DNA from: an uncultured Enteractinococcus sp.
Lineage (GTDB): Bacteria > Actinomycetota > Actinomycetes > Actinomycetales > Micrococcaceae
Direction: 5' to 3'
DNA: 64,000 nt
Assembly: GCA_964482935.1 (NCBI GenBank)
Contig: CAZAAP010000001.1
Coordinates: 5,569-69,568 of the forward strand
Below are positions 1-14,016 of this stretch, piece by piece. Below the pieces are notes generated by a model. That model saw nothing but the letters and a program-made list of their open reading frames with translations, did not search any database and was not told where the DNA came from. How positions within the stretch are numbered: position 1 is the first letter of the stretch; the number at the start of each line of letters is the position of its first letter. A program made the translations under genes and the position numbers.

Positions 1-1221
1 TTCGTCTGCGTAAGTTGGTGCCGAAATGTGCACGCCGGCCACGCTGGCGGCTGGCAAGCCGGCCAGGGAGGCACCTGCCCCTGAGGTGGTTGAATCGTAT
101 TCTTCACCTTGGATCGTAGCGGCCGGGACGGCAAGTGCGGCAACAGTATCAAATGCTGCGGTGTGATCATTGATAATCGCGGTCCGGACGCGCTGGGCGG
201 GCCGGAAGTGCGAATTTATCGTGCCGGTCGAAAGCATTTGTGTACCGAGCATGACTCGGCGTTTGGTGGCGTAATTGAAACCGGCGCCGCGGGAGGCGGT
301 GATGACGTCTTGAACAGTTGCATTTTCGGGGGTGACGCGGTTACCAAAGCGGATGCCATCGAATTTTGCCAGGTTGGCCGAAAATTCAGCTGCACCAATA
401 ATGTGGGTGGCCTGGCGTGCCTGGTCCAGCGATTCCACAGTCACTGCAGTCGTCGTAACGCCGGCGTCTTGCAGAGCACGAATACCGGTCTGATACGCAG
501 TCCACGCCTCATCCGGCACATTGCTGGGCTGCGTTTCGGTCACCCCGATCGTCAGGCCTTCGACAGGGGCTTCGGCCTCGAAGTCCCATTCATAGTCGAG
601 ACTGGTGGGATCGTGTGGATCGACGCCAACGAGTACCTGGTGGAGGGCTTTGGCATCGGCGGTCGTGCGGGCCACCGGGGTGATGGTGTCCATGGAGGAC
701 ACGGCAGCAACCAGCCCATAGCGTGAGATGGCGCCGTAGGTTGGTTTCACCGCGACGACGCCGGTTTCGGCGGCGATGTGACGCGCGGTGCCGGCGGTAT
801 CGGAGACGACAGCGAATGGTGCCTGCTGATTAGCAACAGCTTCGTGAGCGCCAGAGTCATGGCCCATACCGAATTCGGAAACGCGAGTTTTGCCGAGAAT
901 CGGAAGGCCGGCTTCGCGCAGCCGAGTGACAACGGTGGCTTCATAAGGAGCAACCCAACCGTCGAGATATGCCGAACCCGCGGCGGTTGGCATATCGGTA
1001 GTGACGATAACATCTGAAAGAACCACGGGGACCCCGGCCAGGGGGTGGTCGTATTTGCCAGCATCGACATCGGCGGCAACGGCCAGAGCGTCGTCGGCGT
1101 TGACGTGCACAAACGCATCGGAGCCGGACTCGAGGTGAGCGTTGACGAGTTCAACAGCACTGATATCACCGGCACGAAGCTTTTCTGCCATCTCAGTGGC
1201 AGTTAGTTGAGTGAGAGTCAT
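1..1221 (-). CDS. gatA: Asp-tRNA(Asn)/Glu-tRNA(Gln) amidotransferase subunit A, catalytically degenerate; 3' end runs off the window
   Basis: Hand translation from ATG 1221 (TAATG overlap with gatC stop), open for 407 codons: MTLTQLTATEMAEKLRAGDISAVELV...HPLAGVP...ATVVTRLREAGLPILGKT...VKPTYGAISRYG...SANLAKFDGIRFG...KRRVMLGT; directly follows gatC. Confidence 0.93.
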   Translation of the reverse strand, partial: MTLTQLTATEMAEKLRAGDISAVELVNAHLESGSDAFVHVNADDALAVAADVDAGKYDHPLAGVPVVLSDVIVTTDMPTAAGSAYLDGWVAPYEATVVTRLREAGLPILGKTRVSEFGMGHDSGAHEAVANQQAPFAVVSDTAGTARHIAAETGVVAVKPTYGAISRYGLVAAVSSMDTITPVARTTADAKALHQVLVGVDPHDPTSLDYEWDFEAEAPVEGLTIGVTETQPSNVPDEAWTAYQTGIRALQDAGVTTTAVTVESLDQARQATHIIGAAEFSANLAKFDGIRFGNRVTPENATVQDVITASRGAGFNYATKRRVMLGTQMLSTGTINSHFRPAQRVRTAIINDHTAAFDTVAALAVPAATIQGEEYDSTTSGAGASLAGLPAASVAGVHISAPTYADE

Positions 1222-1487
1222 TATTCTCCGTCCAGAATCGCAGGGACCATGAATTGTCCGTCTTGTGCTTCAGGAGCACTCGATAGGGCTTGTTCGTTGG
1301 TCAACTCGTTGGCGACCACGTCGTCGCGGAGGACGTTGTTGACGGGCAGCGGATTGACGGTTTCGGGCAGCTGCTCATCGGCGGTAACCGCCAGAGATTC
1401 GATAATCGGATCGAATTCAGCCGCCAGTTTCTTGCGGTCTTCCTCCGTCAGGGCTATATGCGCAGTCGCTGCTATGTTGTCAACCAT
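1221..1487 (-). CDS. gatC: Amidotransferase subunit C
   Basis: NPLPVNNVLRDDVV...EQALSSAPEAQDGQFMVPAIL C-terminal GatC motif; AAAGGAG RBS; upstream of gatA. Confidence 0.92.
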   Translation of the reverse strand: MVDNIAATAHIALTEEDRKKLAAEFDPIIESLAVTADEQLPETVNPLPVNNVLRDDVVANELTNEQALSSAPEAQDGQFMVPAILDGE

Positions 1488-2013
1488 GAATCTCCTTTAC
1501 TAGAAGTTGTTGAGTTTAACGGATGGACATACACCAGAAAGGTTTCAAGTCCTTCTGGGTCATCCACAATGCCGGCGGTGTAGAGGTTCCAGTCGCGTTC
1601 CGGGGCCCGGTGAAAGCCCATGGCCTCGTACATGGCTTGGGCGGCTGTCATCGAGGCCATCGTTGTGATTGCCACTCGAGTGCAGCCTTGGGTGTGTGCC
1701 GTCTGTAGAGCGAATTGCACCAGGGCACGTCCGACGCCTTGCCCTTGGTGTTGTGGGTCGACGGCCAGCATACGGAACTCACCTTCGTTATCGTAAGCCA
1801 CTTGGCCCTGTTCGGAACCCGGTGGCACGATATTGACGGCACCCACGACCTTGCCCTGGGCTTCTGCGACGTACAGTCCTTCTTGTCTGGCTGAAACATC
1901 GGCCAAGGTCTGGGCATAGGACGAGCTGGGGTGGACGTGTCCGGCTGTTACATACGCCGCGGTGGTCATATCGCTTACGGCGGCGAAGTCTTCGGATGTT
2001 GCAGGTCGAATCG

Positions 2014-2020
<7 letters not shown>
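1472..2020 (-). CDS. GNAT family N-acetyltransferase
   Basis: LAVDPQHQGQGVGRALV acetyl-CoA motif; AQAMYEAMGF. Confidence 0.9.
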
Positions 2021-6018
<3,998 letters not shown>

Positions 6019-7176
6019 TTAGTCGACCTCTATTCCGTCTCCGGCACCGCGTAGCAGCATCGATGGATTGATGAGTCCAAAACCCCGTACTGACTGCGGC
6101 GGTTGTGGAATTAAAATATACCGCTCATCGTCAGCTAAGACACTGGCGGTCAATTGGTCGACCAATACCGTGCCCGGATCCGCCAGGGCGGTCAGTCGGG
6201 CTGCGAGATTGACGGTGGGTCCATAAATATCTCCGAGCCGTGACAATACTCGGCCCCACACCACGGACACCCGAGCCGACGGTAATACCGGATCATCGCT
6301 GAGGGCCTGGGATAGCGCCAGGGCGATATCGGCCCCGGCTTCGGGTGTTTCGGCGTTGAACAATACCTCGTCGCCCACGGTTTTTACCAGGTGACCGCCA
6401 CCGACGGCGATAATTTCAGCACAGGTTTGTTCAAAGCGTTGCACCATTTGAGCCAGTGTGCGCTCACTCATGGTTCGAGACAGCGCGGTGTAGGAGACCA
6501 TATCGGCGAATCCTACGGCGCGGGCTAACGGCAGTGGCGTGTCATCCTCGGTACCATCGCGGCCTTCTTCGGACGCCGCTAAACCGGCTTCCACCCGCAC
6601 TGTGAGTCGTTGAAGCGCCGAGTTTAATTGACGACGATATGAATAGGTCACGACATCTTCGAGGGATTCGATCACCGCGGGCAACATGCGCACGACCTCA
6701 CGGCGGGCTTCTGGGTCGCTGAGTCCCTCTGCACTCATTTTGTCTTCAACGAGAGCTTCAATTTGCCACACAACCATGCGGTCCGTCATCTGTCCGATAG
6801 ATCTGGCAATGGAGATCGCGGTCTCTTCATTGAGCACATCTTCGCGCACTAATTCCACGATGGTGGCCATCGCAGCGACGTCTTGTTGGGTGAAGACTTT
6901 TTCATCGGCTTTGATATTTGGAAAGCCCATGGCACGCCAGATTTTGCGAGCAGATATCACCGAAACGCCAAGCTCTTTGGCCAGATCACGAGGCGTCAGC
7001 AGACGAGGACCGCCGATAAGTTCCTCGTCGAGAATTTTGATGGCTTGTGTCCAGCTCTCGGAGAACGGTTCGGCCTGGCCTAACGCTGCGGAACTCGCTG
7101 CACCCGGCTGCACTATATCAAGTGGCCGGGTTGGAGGTGGGTCGGTGGTCTCGGCACCGGTTGAGTCGTTGTTCAA
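6019..7176 (-). CDS. Class III adenylate/guanylate cyclase (Rv2212/Rv1264-like N-terminal regulatory domain)
   Basis: GFADMVSYT, VKTVGDEV, GDIYGPTVNLAARL. Confidence 0.93.
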   Translation of the reverse strand: MNNDSTGAETTDPPPTRPLDIVQPGAASSAALGQAEPFSESWTQAIKILDEELIGGPRLLTPRDLAKELGVSVISARKIWRAMGFPNIKADEKVFTQQDVAAMATIVELVREDVLNEETAISIARSIGQMTDRMVVWQIEALVEDKMSAEGLSDPEARREVVRMLPAVIESLEDVVTYSYRRQLNSALQRLTVRVEAGLAASEEGRDGTEDDTPLPLARAVGFADMVSYTALSRTMSERTLAQMVQRFEQTCAEIIAVGGGHLVKTVGDEVLFNAETPEAGADIALALSQALSDDPVLPSARVSVVWGRVLSRLGDIYGPTVNLAARLTALADPGTVLVDQLTASVLADDERYILIPQPPQSVRGFGLINPSMLLRGAGDGIEVD

Positions 7177-7712
7177 AAGCCCCTACTTTCACTGAGCGAG
7201 CCGCTGGTGTAGCGGCCATACGAACCAAAACGTTCGACATCGACCAGGGTCTGGAATTCTGTGATGTCTGGGATGTCGTGGAGGACCCAGATTTGACCCC
7301 GTGAGTTCATCAAGTGCAAATCTCCGGAGCCGCGCCGACGCTGACGACGCGTTTGATGAATCTCTAATGACACCAGTGAATGCAAGGCCACCCAGTGGCG
7401 TTTGACTGCAATCGCACCAAGTTTATGGGCCACTCGATGGGTGGTGATCTCATACCGTGAAACCAGCCATTGCCACACTGGCCGTAGCACGGTCAAGAAC
7501 ATCCCGATGGCGATCAGGCCCAGCCCGATAGTGGTCAGGGTCGGAGCGGCGTTTCGCAGGACCTCTGGCAACGTATAGCTGGCCATCACACCCGAAAGAA
7601 AACCAGCGGCTCCGGCCCAGAAAACAAACTTCCAGGCAGGACGAATCAGCACCGACGGATGCGCACGGGTACGCACCAATAGGTGTTCACCGGTCACGTA
7701 ATGTGATCGCAT
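7173..7712 (-). CDS. Membrane protein with bacterial PH (bPH_2) domain
   Basis: Two TM segments then W...RYEITTHRV...GSGDL; adjacent to birA as in other actinobacteria. Confidence 0.75.
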   Translation of the reverse strand: MRSHYVTGEHLLVRTRAHPSVLIRPAWKFVFWAGAAGFLSGVMASYTLPEVLRNAAPTLTTIGLGLIAIGMFLTVLRPVWQWLVSRYEITTHRVAHKLGAIAVKRHWVALHSLVSLEIHQTRRQRRRGSGDLHLMNSRGQIWVLHDIPDITEFQTLVDVERFGSYGRYTSGSLSESRGF

Positions 7713-7739
7713 GCCCCTCCCTGGTTCCGTCTTACCGTT

Positions 7740-8480
7740 TCACGCCGGTCGTAAATGTACAATATCTGCCGCGAAGATCTCTTGCATCGTTTCGCCTGCT
7801 ATTAATAGGCTACCTGTCGGACCTAGGCCCACGGCGGTCCCAAGAACATTTTTACCATTCGGCAGGATCGCTTTGACTCGCTGACCGATCGTGCTCATAG
7901 TGGATTCCAACGACTGCACCTCAGGTTGTGCACTAAATCTGTCCACAGCAACGAGCAACCGCTCACGAGCCTGCAATACAAAGTGTTGCGCTGAAATGTC
8001 GATGCCGTAGTCTGCCAACGCGGCAGCTCTTTCATGTCGCTGCCCAGTAGGCATGTTCAGGTTGGTACCAATCCCCACCACAACAGCCTGCGTTTCGGGG
8101 ATCCACTGAGCTAAGATGCCGCAAAGTTTTTTACCCGCAGCATCTAACACATCATTGGGCCATTTCACCTCTGCGGGAACGTCAAGTTCCTGGAACCAGC
8201 GCACTAACGCGTCGGCGACGACCAACGTCATCAGGCTCATGACCTGGGGATCTACCGTTGGGCGCAGCACCATCGACATTGCCGCAGCTGTCCCCGGGGG
8301 CGTCTCCCACATCCGATCGAGTCGACCACGACCTGCGGTCTGGTTATCGGTTGCGATCACGTCGCCGTGCTCCCGTACCTGCACGGAGCCCACAGCGAGA
8401 TCTTGGGTTGAGGCGGTTTCGTCAATCCAATACACGCCCGGGGCGATCCGCCGAGGTTCTTCTTGGGCCACGTACGACAA
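7740..8480 (-). CDS. birA: Biotin-[acetyl-CoA carboxylase] ligase (no HTH)
   Basis: [35 protein letters not shown]. Confidence 0.95.
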   Translation of the reverse strand: MSYVAQEEPRRIAPGVYWIDETASTQDLAVGSVQVREHGDVIATDNQTAGRGRLDRMWETPPGTAAAMSMVLRPTVDPQVMSLMTLVVADALVRWFQELDVPAEVKWPNDVLDAAGKKLCGILAQWIPETQAVVVGIGTNLNMPTGQRHERAAALADYGIDISAQHFVLQARERLLVAVDRFSAQPEVQSLESTMSTIGQRVKAILPNGKNVLGTAVGLGPTGSLLIAGETMQEIFAADIVHLRPA

Positions 8481-8544
8481 CCTTCATTTAAAACAACCGG
8501 TAGTATTATCCAGGATACAGGCCATACTCTACCCTGGAGGACCG

Positions 8545-10164
8545 TTGACCCACCCCGACAAGACTGGTGAGAAGCTGGGCGTCACCACCCCGGATATCAC
8601 CACTACGGCTGGCAAACTTGAAGACTTTTTCCACCGTCGCGAAGCAGCCCTGCTGCCGACCGGACAGGGACCCGTCGACCGCCAACATGCCAGGGGAAAA
8701 CAGACCGCTCGGGAACGCATCAATACGCTTCTGGATGAGGGTTCATTTGTAGAGTTTGATCAATTACGAACCCACCGCACCACCGCGTTCGGTATGGACG
8801 CCCGCCACCCTGAAGGTGACGGCGTGGTCGCCGGCTACGGCACCATCGACGGCCGCAACGTCGCGGTCTATGCTCAAGATTTCACGGTTTTTGGTGGCTC
8901 GCTTTCGAAAGTCAATGGCGAAAAGATCGTCAAGACGCAAGAATTTGCCGCTACCAACGGCTTCCCACTCATCGCTATCAATGACGGCGGTGGCGCCCGC
9001 ATTCAAGAAGGTGTCGACTCCCTGGCGATGTTTGCCGATATCTTCCGCAATAACGTCATGGCTTCGGGTGTGGTCCCCCAAATCTCGATCATTATGGGAC
9101 CGGCAGCCGGTGGTGCCGCTTACTCCCCGGCATTGACCGATTTTGTGGTCATGGTTGATCAGACCTCACATATGTTCATCACAGGACCGGATGTGATCAA
9201 GTCGGTCACCGGTGAAGAAGTCGACATGGAAACCCTTGGCGGCGCCCTGCAACATAACGAAACCTCGGGCACGGCTGCATATATGGCCACCGATGAACAG
9301 GATGCGTTCAACTGGGTTTCGGAGCTTTTAGATTACCTGCCAGCCCATAACTTCGTATCGCAAGAGGCCACCTACCAGCAGGATCTGGAAACCAACGTTG
9401 AAGATCTAGCCTTGGATACGATCATCCCGGATTCGGCGAATCAGCCCTATGACATGTTGCAGGTCATCGGCACGATTGTCGATGACGGGGCTTTGCTGCA
9501 AATCCAAGAACGCTACGCTCCCAATGTGATCGTAGGGCTTGGCCGTATTGAAGGTCGGACCGTGGGTGTTGTTGCCAATCAGCCCTCGCAACTGGCGGGG
9601 ACACTAGATATCGCAGCTTCGGAGAAAGCAGCACGTTTTGTGCGCTTTTGCGATGCGTTCAATATTCCGCTTGTGACCCTCGTAGATGTTCCCGGATTCT
9701 TACCCGGCGTGGACCAAGAGCATTCGGGTATTATCCGTCGCGGTGCCAAACTCATCTACGCGTATGCAGAGGCTACAGTCCCGAAAATCACGGTCATCAC
9801 CCGCAAAGCTTTTGGCGGAGCATACATCGTGATGGGTTCGAAGAAGCTTGGCGCTGATCTCAACCTTGCCTGGCCGACCGCCCAGATCGGGGTGATGGGG
9901 GCGCAAGGTGCCGTCAATATTCTGTATCGTCGAGAACTGGCTGCGGTAGAAGAAGCCGGCGGAGATGTTGAAGCGCGTCGTGCCGAGCTGATTGAAGATT
10001 ATGAAACGGCATTGCTCAACCCCTATGAAGCAGCCGACTCCGGGTATCTTGACGCGGTGATTGCGCCATCTGAAACTCGTGTCCAAATAGTTCGCGCGTT
10101 GCGCGCTACGGCGGCAAAACGTGAAGCTCGTCCCGCTCGTAAACACGGAAATATTCCCCTATGA
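8545..10164 (+). CDS. Acyl-CoA carboxylase beta (carboxyltransferase) subunit, AccD5/PccB-like
   Basis: [42 protein letters not shown]; start moved to TTG 8545 behind GGAGG. Confidence 0.95.
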   Translation: MTHPDKTGEKLGVTTPDITTTAGKLEDFFHRREAALLPTGQGPVDRQHARGKQTARERINTLLDEGSFVEFDQLRTHRTTAFGMDARHPEGDGVVAGYGTIDGRNVAVYAQDFTVFGGSLSKVNGEKIVKTQEFAATNGFPLIAINDGGGARIQEGVDSLAMFADIFRNNVMASGVVPQISIIMGPAAGGAAYSPALTDFVVMVDQTSHMFITGPDVIKSVTGEEVDMETLGGALQHNETSGTAAYMATDEQDAFNWVSELLDYLPAHNFVSQEATYQQDLETNVEDLALDTIIPDSANQPYDMLQVIGTIVDDGALLQIQERYAPNVIVGLGRIEGRTVGVVANQPSQLAGTLDIAASEKAARFVRFCDAFNIPLVTLVDVPGFLPGVDQEHSGIIRRGAKLIYAYAEATVPKITVITRKAFGGAYIVMGSKKLGADLNLAWPTAQIGVMGAQGAVNILYRRELAAVEEAGGDVEARRAELIEDYETALLNPYEAADSGYLDAVIAPSETRVQIVRALRATAAKREARPARKHGNIPL

Positions 10165-10364
10165 CACAACCTGAATCAACCGGTATCACGGTCAACGGCA
10201 CCATATTGTCTGAAGAAGAAACGGCAGCCCTGTTGACCGTCATCAACACTCAGCTGGTGGAATTACCCCCGCCTGAACCACCTGTGGATTATTCGACTCG
10301 TAACCGGGTGATGTCTACCTGGAAGACAGTCTCCGGCTGGCATACGCCGCCACGGGGTTATTAG
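10161..10364 (+). CDS. Acyl-CoA carboxylase epsilon subunit
   Basis: ATGA overlap with beta subunit; [11 protein letters not shown] helix, Pro-rich linker, terminal Trp residues. Confidence 0.75.
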   Translation: MTQPESTGITVNGTILSEEETAALLTVINTQLVELPPPEPPVDYSTRNRVMSTWKTVSGWHTPPRGY

Positions 10365-10415
10365 ACCCTCACGTATTTGGCCTCCTCACCAGGTTCGTGA
10401 AGAGGTTGATTGTGC

Positions 10416-11354
10416 TTATCGTCGTTTGTCCTGCCGGATGATTGCTTGAGCCTGCGTTTCAGTAGAGACCTCTTTTTCTAGGGCCTCTCCTGCGATCTGC
10501 GCTACACCTGGTATGCCTACGGCAGTGACCCCGGCGGTCCGAGAGCTGAGGCGGCGCGACAGAACTTGTGCTAACCAGACCAAAATCGAGTTGATAATGA
10601 TGAAGATGATGGCTGCCACCACGAGTGTTTGCATGATATTGCCATAGCCTGCACCAAGGTGCCGGGAGTAGCGCAGGAGCTCCGCAAATCCGATGATGTA
10701 ACCCAACGCGGAGTCTTTCAGGATGATCACGAATTGCGAGACAAGTGATGGCAACATGGCCACCAACGCTTGTGGCACCTCGACGTGGCGAAGTGATCTG
10801 GTGGTGGTCATACCAACAGCCAGCGCAGCTTCTCGTTGTCCTGCAGGAAGCGATCTCACCCCAGACCGCACAAGTTCAGCAATCACCGCTCCGTTATAGA
10901 GCGTCAGTGCCACGATCACTGCGTAGTAGGCGGAGTTTCGGGGGTCAATAATGCCTGACAGGTACTGTGAAATAAAGAAGTGTAAGAACACCATGAGAAC
11001 CAGCACCGGGACGGCCCGGAAGAACTCCACGATGACCATCGCGATCCATCGTAGAAGACGCACTGGGGCCAAGCGTAAAAAGCCGAAGAACAGCCCAAAG
11101 AGAACCGAAGACACCACCGCGATTGCGGCTGCCTGCAGTGTGAATTGGATGCCGGGAAGTAAGTAGTTGACCCAGGCATTGGCATTGATGGCATTCCACC
11201 ACAAGTGGGGTTGCATTTGTCCCTGGGCGGCTAGTGCCTGATACACCCAGATCAAAATCCCAAGAACGACCAGAGCAACCACGATATTCAGGATAGTGAT
11301 GATGCGTCTGGAACGTGGTCCAGGCGCATCAAACAACACGTATTGCTTGCTCAT
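10416..11354 (-). CDS. gluD: Glutamate ABC transporter permease
   Basis: VLFDAPGPR N-terminus; AELVRSGVRSLPAGQREAA loop; LKDSALG. Confidence 0.88.
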   Translation of the reverse strand: MSKQYVLFDAPGPRSRRIITILNIVVALVVLGILIWVYQALAAQGQMQPHLWWNAINANAWVNYLLPGIQFTLQAAAIAVVSSVLFGLFFGFLRLAPVRLLRWIAMVIVEFFRAVPVLVLMVFLHFFISQYLSGIIDPRNSAYYAVIVALTLYNGAVIAELVRSGVRSLPAGQREAALAVGMTTTRSLRHVEVPQALVAMLPSLVSQFVIILKDSALGYIIGFAELLRYSRHLGAGYGNIMQTLVVAAIIFIIINSILVWLAQVLSRRLSSRTAGVTAVGIPGVAQIAGEALEKEVSTETQAQAIIRQDKRR

Positions 11355-12025
11355 CGCGTTACCGCCAATCTCTCCGATAACCAGGTGGTTAACAGCCCCA
11401 CTGGGATAACGATCAGGCTGAAACCGATGGCGATGATTAAGAAAATTGCGATCATCACATTGGGATTAAACTCGATCATAGTGCGCATCACGCCTGAGGC
11501 TTCCATAACTGATGCAGCAGCTGCGACGGTTGTATTTTTGATCAGCGCGATGAGTGTATTGCCGATAGGAGTGATTGCTCCTCGAAGTGCTTGCGGGATA
11601 ATAACAAGTCGAGCGGCGTCGAAGAATCCTAGGCCGATGGAGCGGGCTGCTTCGGCTTGACCGAGCGGTACAGTGTTGACCCCAGATCGAATGGCTTCGG
11701 CAAAAAACGGTGAGTGATAGATGGAAAGAGCAATCGTGGCCAGCATGAAGAAGTTCGTGTCGAAGTTTGGGTGCATGTTGATCTGCAACTGACCCCAAAA
11801 GACCAGCACGCCCATCACGACCAATACGGTGAGCGGGATGTTGCGCACTATATTAATGAAGGTCGCACTCAGCCAGCTCATGGAGGGTACTGGCGAGATA
11901 CGAAACAGTGCCAGGATTACTCCGAGGGTAAAAGCAAAAATTGCGGACCAAAAGGCAAGCCTAATATTGGTCCAGAATCCCTCCCAAATCGGATATTGCT
12001 CAAATAGAAAGAGAATATCTTCCAT
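11351..12025 (-). CDS. gluC: Glutamate ABC transporter permease
   Basis: AEAIRSGVNTVPLGQAEAARSIG; LIKNTTVA. Confidence 0.88.
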   Translation of the reverse strand: MEDILFLFEQYPIWEGFWTNIRLAFWSAIFAFTLGVILALFRISPVPSMSWLSATFINIVRNIPLTVLVVMGVLVFWGQLQINMHPNFDTNFFMLATIALSIYHSPFFAEAIRSGVNTVPLGQAEAARSIGLGFFDAARLVIIPQALRGAITPIGNTLIALIKNTTVAAAASVMEASGVMRTMIEFNPNVMIAIFLIIAIGFSLIVIPVGLLTTWLSERLAVTR

Positions 12026-12065
12026 AGTCGCCTGCCTGTTGGAGTGAGATAATGAGTTTTACTGT

Positions 12066-12111
12066 TCTGGGTCCGACACCTTCAGGATGTTTCGAGGGTG
12101 TCGAACCCAGA
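12066..12111 (-). terminator. Intercistronic stem-loop between gluB and gluC
   Basis: TCTGGGTCCGACACCTTC...GAGGGTGTCGAACCCAGA imperfect inverted repeat. Confidence 0.6.
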
Positions 12112-12153
12112 TAGCACAGGTAGTGGCGGTCACTCTTTCGAGGGGGTGGCTAG

Positions 12154-13023
12154 TTACTCACCGCAGGCTTCGAGCTCAATATTGTCGTTGAGCTCGGCGT
12201 TGGCTTCGTAATCGACCCCTTCGGTGTTGGCTGCCAGCAATTCGTCGATCGTGCCCTCATCTTGGAGTTTCTGAATAGCTTCATTGACGGCTTCACAGGT
12301 TTCGACATCGCCTTCGGGCAGGCCCACACCGTAGGGTTCTTCGGTGAATGGGTTCCCCACGACTTTGAATTCGCCAGCGTATTCATCGGAGGCAGCGAGT
12401 CCTGCCAAGATGATGTCATCGGTGGTCACAGCGTCAACCTGACCGGACTGCAGGAACGTAAGACATTCGCTATAGCCATCTTGTTCTACGAGCTCGACGT
12501 CATCGGCGTACATGTCTCGGATGTTTTGAGCAGGCGTGGAACCAGAGACCGAGCACAGGTTGCGACCGCTGAGATCTTCTGGCGAGGTGATCTCATTCTC
12601 ATCCGTGCGGACGAGAATGTCTTGACCAGCCATAAAGTATGGCCCGGCGAAGTCGACGCGCTCATCGCGTTCATCAGTAATCGAGTAGGTTGCAAAGATC
12701 ATGTCGACTTGCCCATTTTCCAACATGTTTTCACGCTGCGGAGTTGGGGATTCAACCCATTCGATCTGGTCTTCTTCATAACCCATTTCAGCTAGTACAG
12801 CTTTGGCTACGTCGACGTCGAAACCGGTTGGTGGATTGTTTCCTTCGCGGAATCCCAGGCCTGGTTGGTCGTATTTGATGCCAACGGTGATGGTTTCTCC
12901 GCCGCCGTTACCGCCTCCGGCCTCGTTTCCAGCGTCGTCCTCCGATGCGCCCGGAGAACAAGCCGAAAGCGCGAGCGCGCTAGCGGCACCTAATGCAGCA
13001 ATCTTCATCCAAGGTGTCTTCAT
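12154..13023 (-). CDS. gluB: Glutamate ABC transporter substrate-binding lipoprotein
   Basis: Lipobox LSAC; GIKYDQPGLG, ATYSITDER, FAGPYF, VTTDDIILAG. Confidence 0.92.
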   Translation of the reverse strand: MKTPWMKIAALGAASALALSACSPGASEDDAGNEAGGGNGGGETITVGIKYDQPGLGFREGNNPPTGFDVDVAKAVLAEMGYEEDQIEWVESPTPQRENMLENGQVDMIFATYSITDERDERVDFAGPYFMAGQDILVRTDENEITSPEDLSGRNLCSVSGSTPAQNIRDMYADDVELVEQDGYSECLTFLQSGQVDAVTTDDIILAGLAASDEYAGEFKVVGNPFTEEPYGVGLPEGDVETCEAVNEAIQKLQDEGTIDELLAANTEGVDYEANAELNDNIELEACGE

Positions 13024-13068
13024 GGTGAGTACCTTTCAGTGTGTGTAAATGATTTGAGAGGTGGCGTA

Positions 13069-13830
13069 TTATTCGGTCAAAATTTTCGATAGAAAATCTT
13101 TGGCTCGATTGGTTTCCGGGTCTTTAAAGAATTTCTCAGGTGTGGTGTCCTCGATAACAGCGCCATCGGACATGAAAAGCAGCCGATCCCCCGCTTTGCG
13201 GGCGAAACCCATCTCGTGAGTCACGACGACCATGGTCATCCCGCCGGCAGCCAGATCGACCATGACATCCAGGACCTCTTGGACCATCTCTGGGTCAAGT
13301 GCTGAAGTCGGTTCGTCAAACAGCAGGACCTTGGGTTTCATGGCGAGGGCCCGAGCGATGGCTACGCGTTGCTGCTGACCGCCGGACAGTTGGGCTGGCA
13401 GTTTACGAGCTTGTTCCCCAACGCCGACGCGTTCGAGGTACTCCATGGCCTCTTTTTCGGCTTGTTTTTTTGACAGCTTGCGGACCTTGATGGGGCCAAG
13501 GGTGATGTTTTCTATTACGCTTTTATGGGCGAAGAGGTTAAAGGACTGGAAAACCATGCCGACGTCGGCACGCAAAGCAGCAAGTGCTTTGCCTTCTTCG
13601 GGTAAGCGTCTGCCATCGATTTCGATATATCCGCCGTCGTCATCAATGGTTTCGAGGCGGTTGATGGTGCGACACAAAGTGGATTTTCCAGAACCAGAGG
13701 GGCCTACGACAATACAAACCTGCCCCTTGGGAATATCGACATTAATATCTGAAAGCGCTTTGAAATCGCCAAAATGCTTATTAACTTCGGACATTCGAAC
13801 CAGCGGTGTGTGAGTGATCTCAGATGGCAT
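13069..13830 (-). CDS. gluA: Glutamate ABC transporter ATP-binding protein
   Basis: [38 protein letters not shown]. Confidence 0.92.
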   Translation of the reverse strand: MPSEITHTPLVRMSEVNKHFGDFKALSDINVDIPKGQVCIVVGPSGSGKSTLCRTINRLETIDDDGGYIEIDGRRLPEEGKALAALRADVGMVFQSFNLFAHKSVIENITLGPIKVRKLSKKQAEKEAMEYLERVGVGEQARKLPAQLSGGQQQRVAIARALAMKPKVLLFDEPTSALDPEMVQEVLDVMVDLAAGGMTMVVVTHEMGFARKAGDRLLFMSDGAVIEDTTPEKFFKDPETNRAKDFLSKILTE

Positions 13831-13881
13831 TGCGAGCTCCTGCAGAACGTCCGGATACTATGGAATAGCAACCTACGCCAG

Positions 13882-13897
13882 TGTGACTTAGGTTACA
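13882..13897. promoter_or_regulatory. CRP/GlxR-like site upstream of gluA
   Basis: TGTGA-cttagg-TTACA, 9/10 match to TGTGA-N6-TCACA. Confidence 0.6.
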
Positions 13898-14016
13898 TCC
13901 TAACAGGTCAGGCCCGATTAGCCACAGCTTTTTTCCACAGCCATCATCGACGAGTTTCGATAGCTGAGGTACGTTATGTCCGCAGGTCCATCCTGGAAGA
14001 GCAATAGGATACAACT

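Noticed and set aside
109-1175. Listed ORFs 109-726(+), 747-1175(-), 778-1017(+)
   Set aside because: Shadow or alternate-frame ORFs of gatA, which the track omitted because it runs off the window
8116-8544. 143-aa N-terminal extension of the carboxyltransferase
   Set aside because: Antisense to birA; the RBS and homology point to TTG 8545
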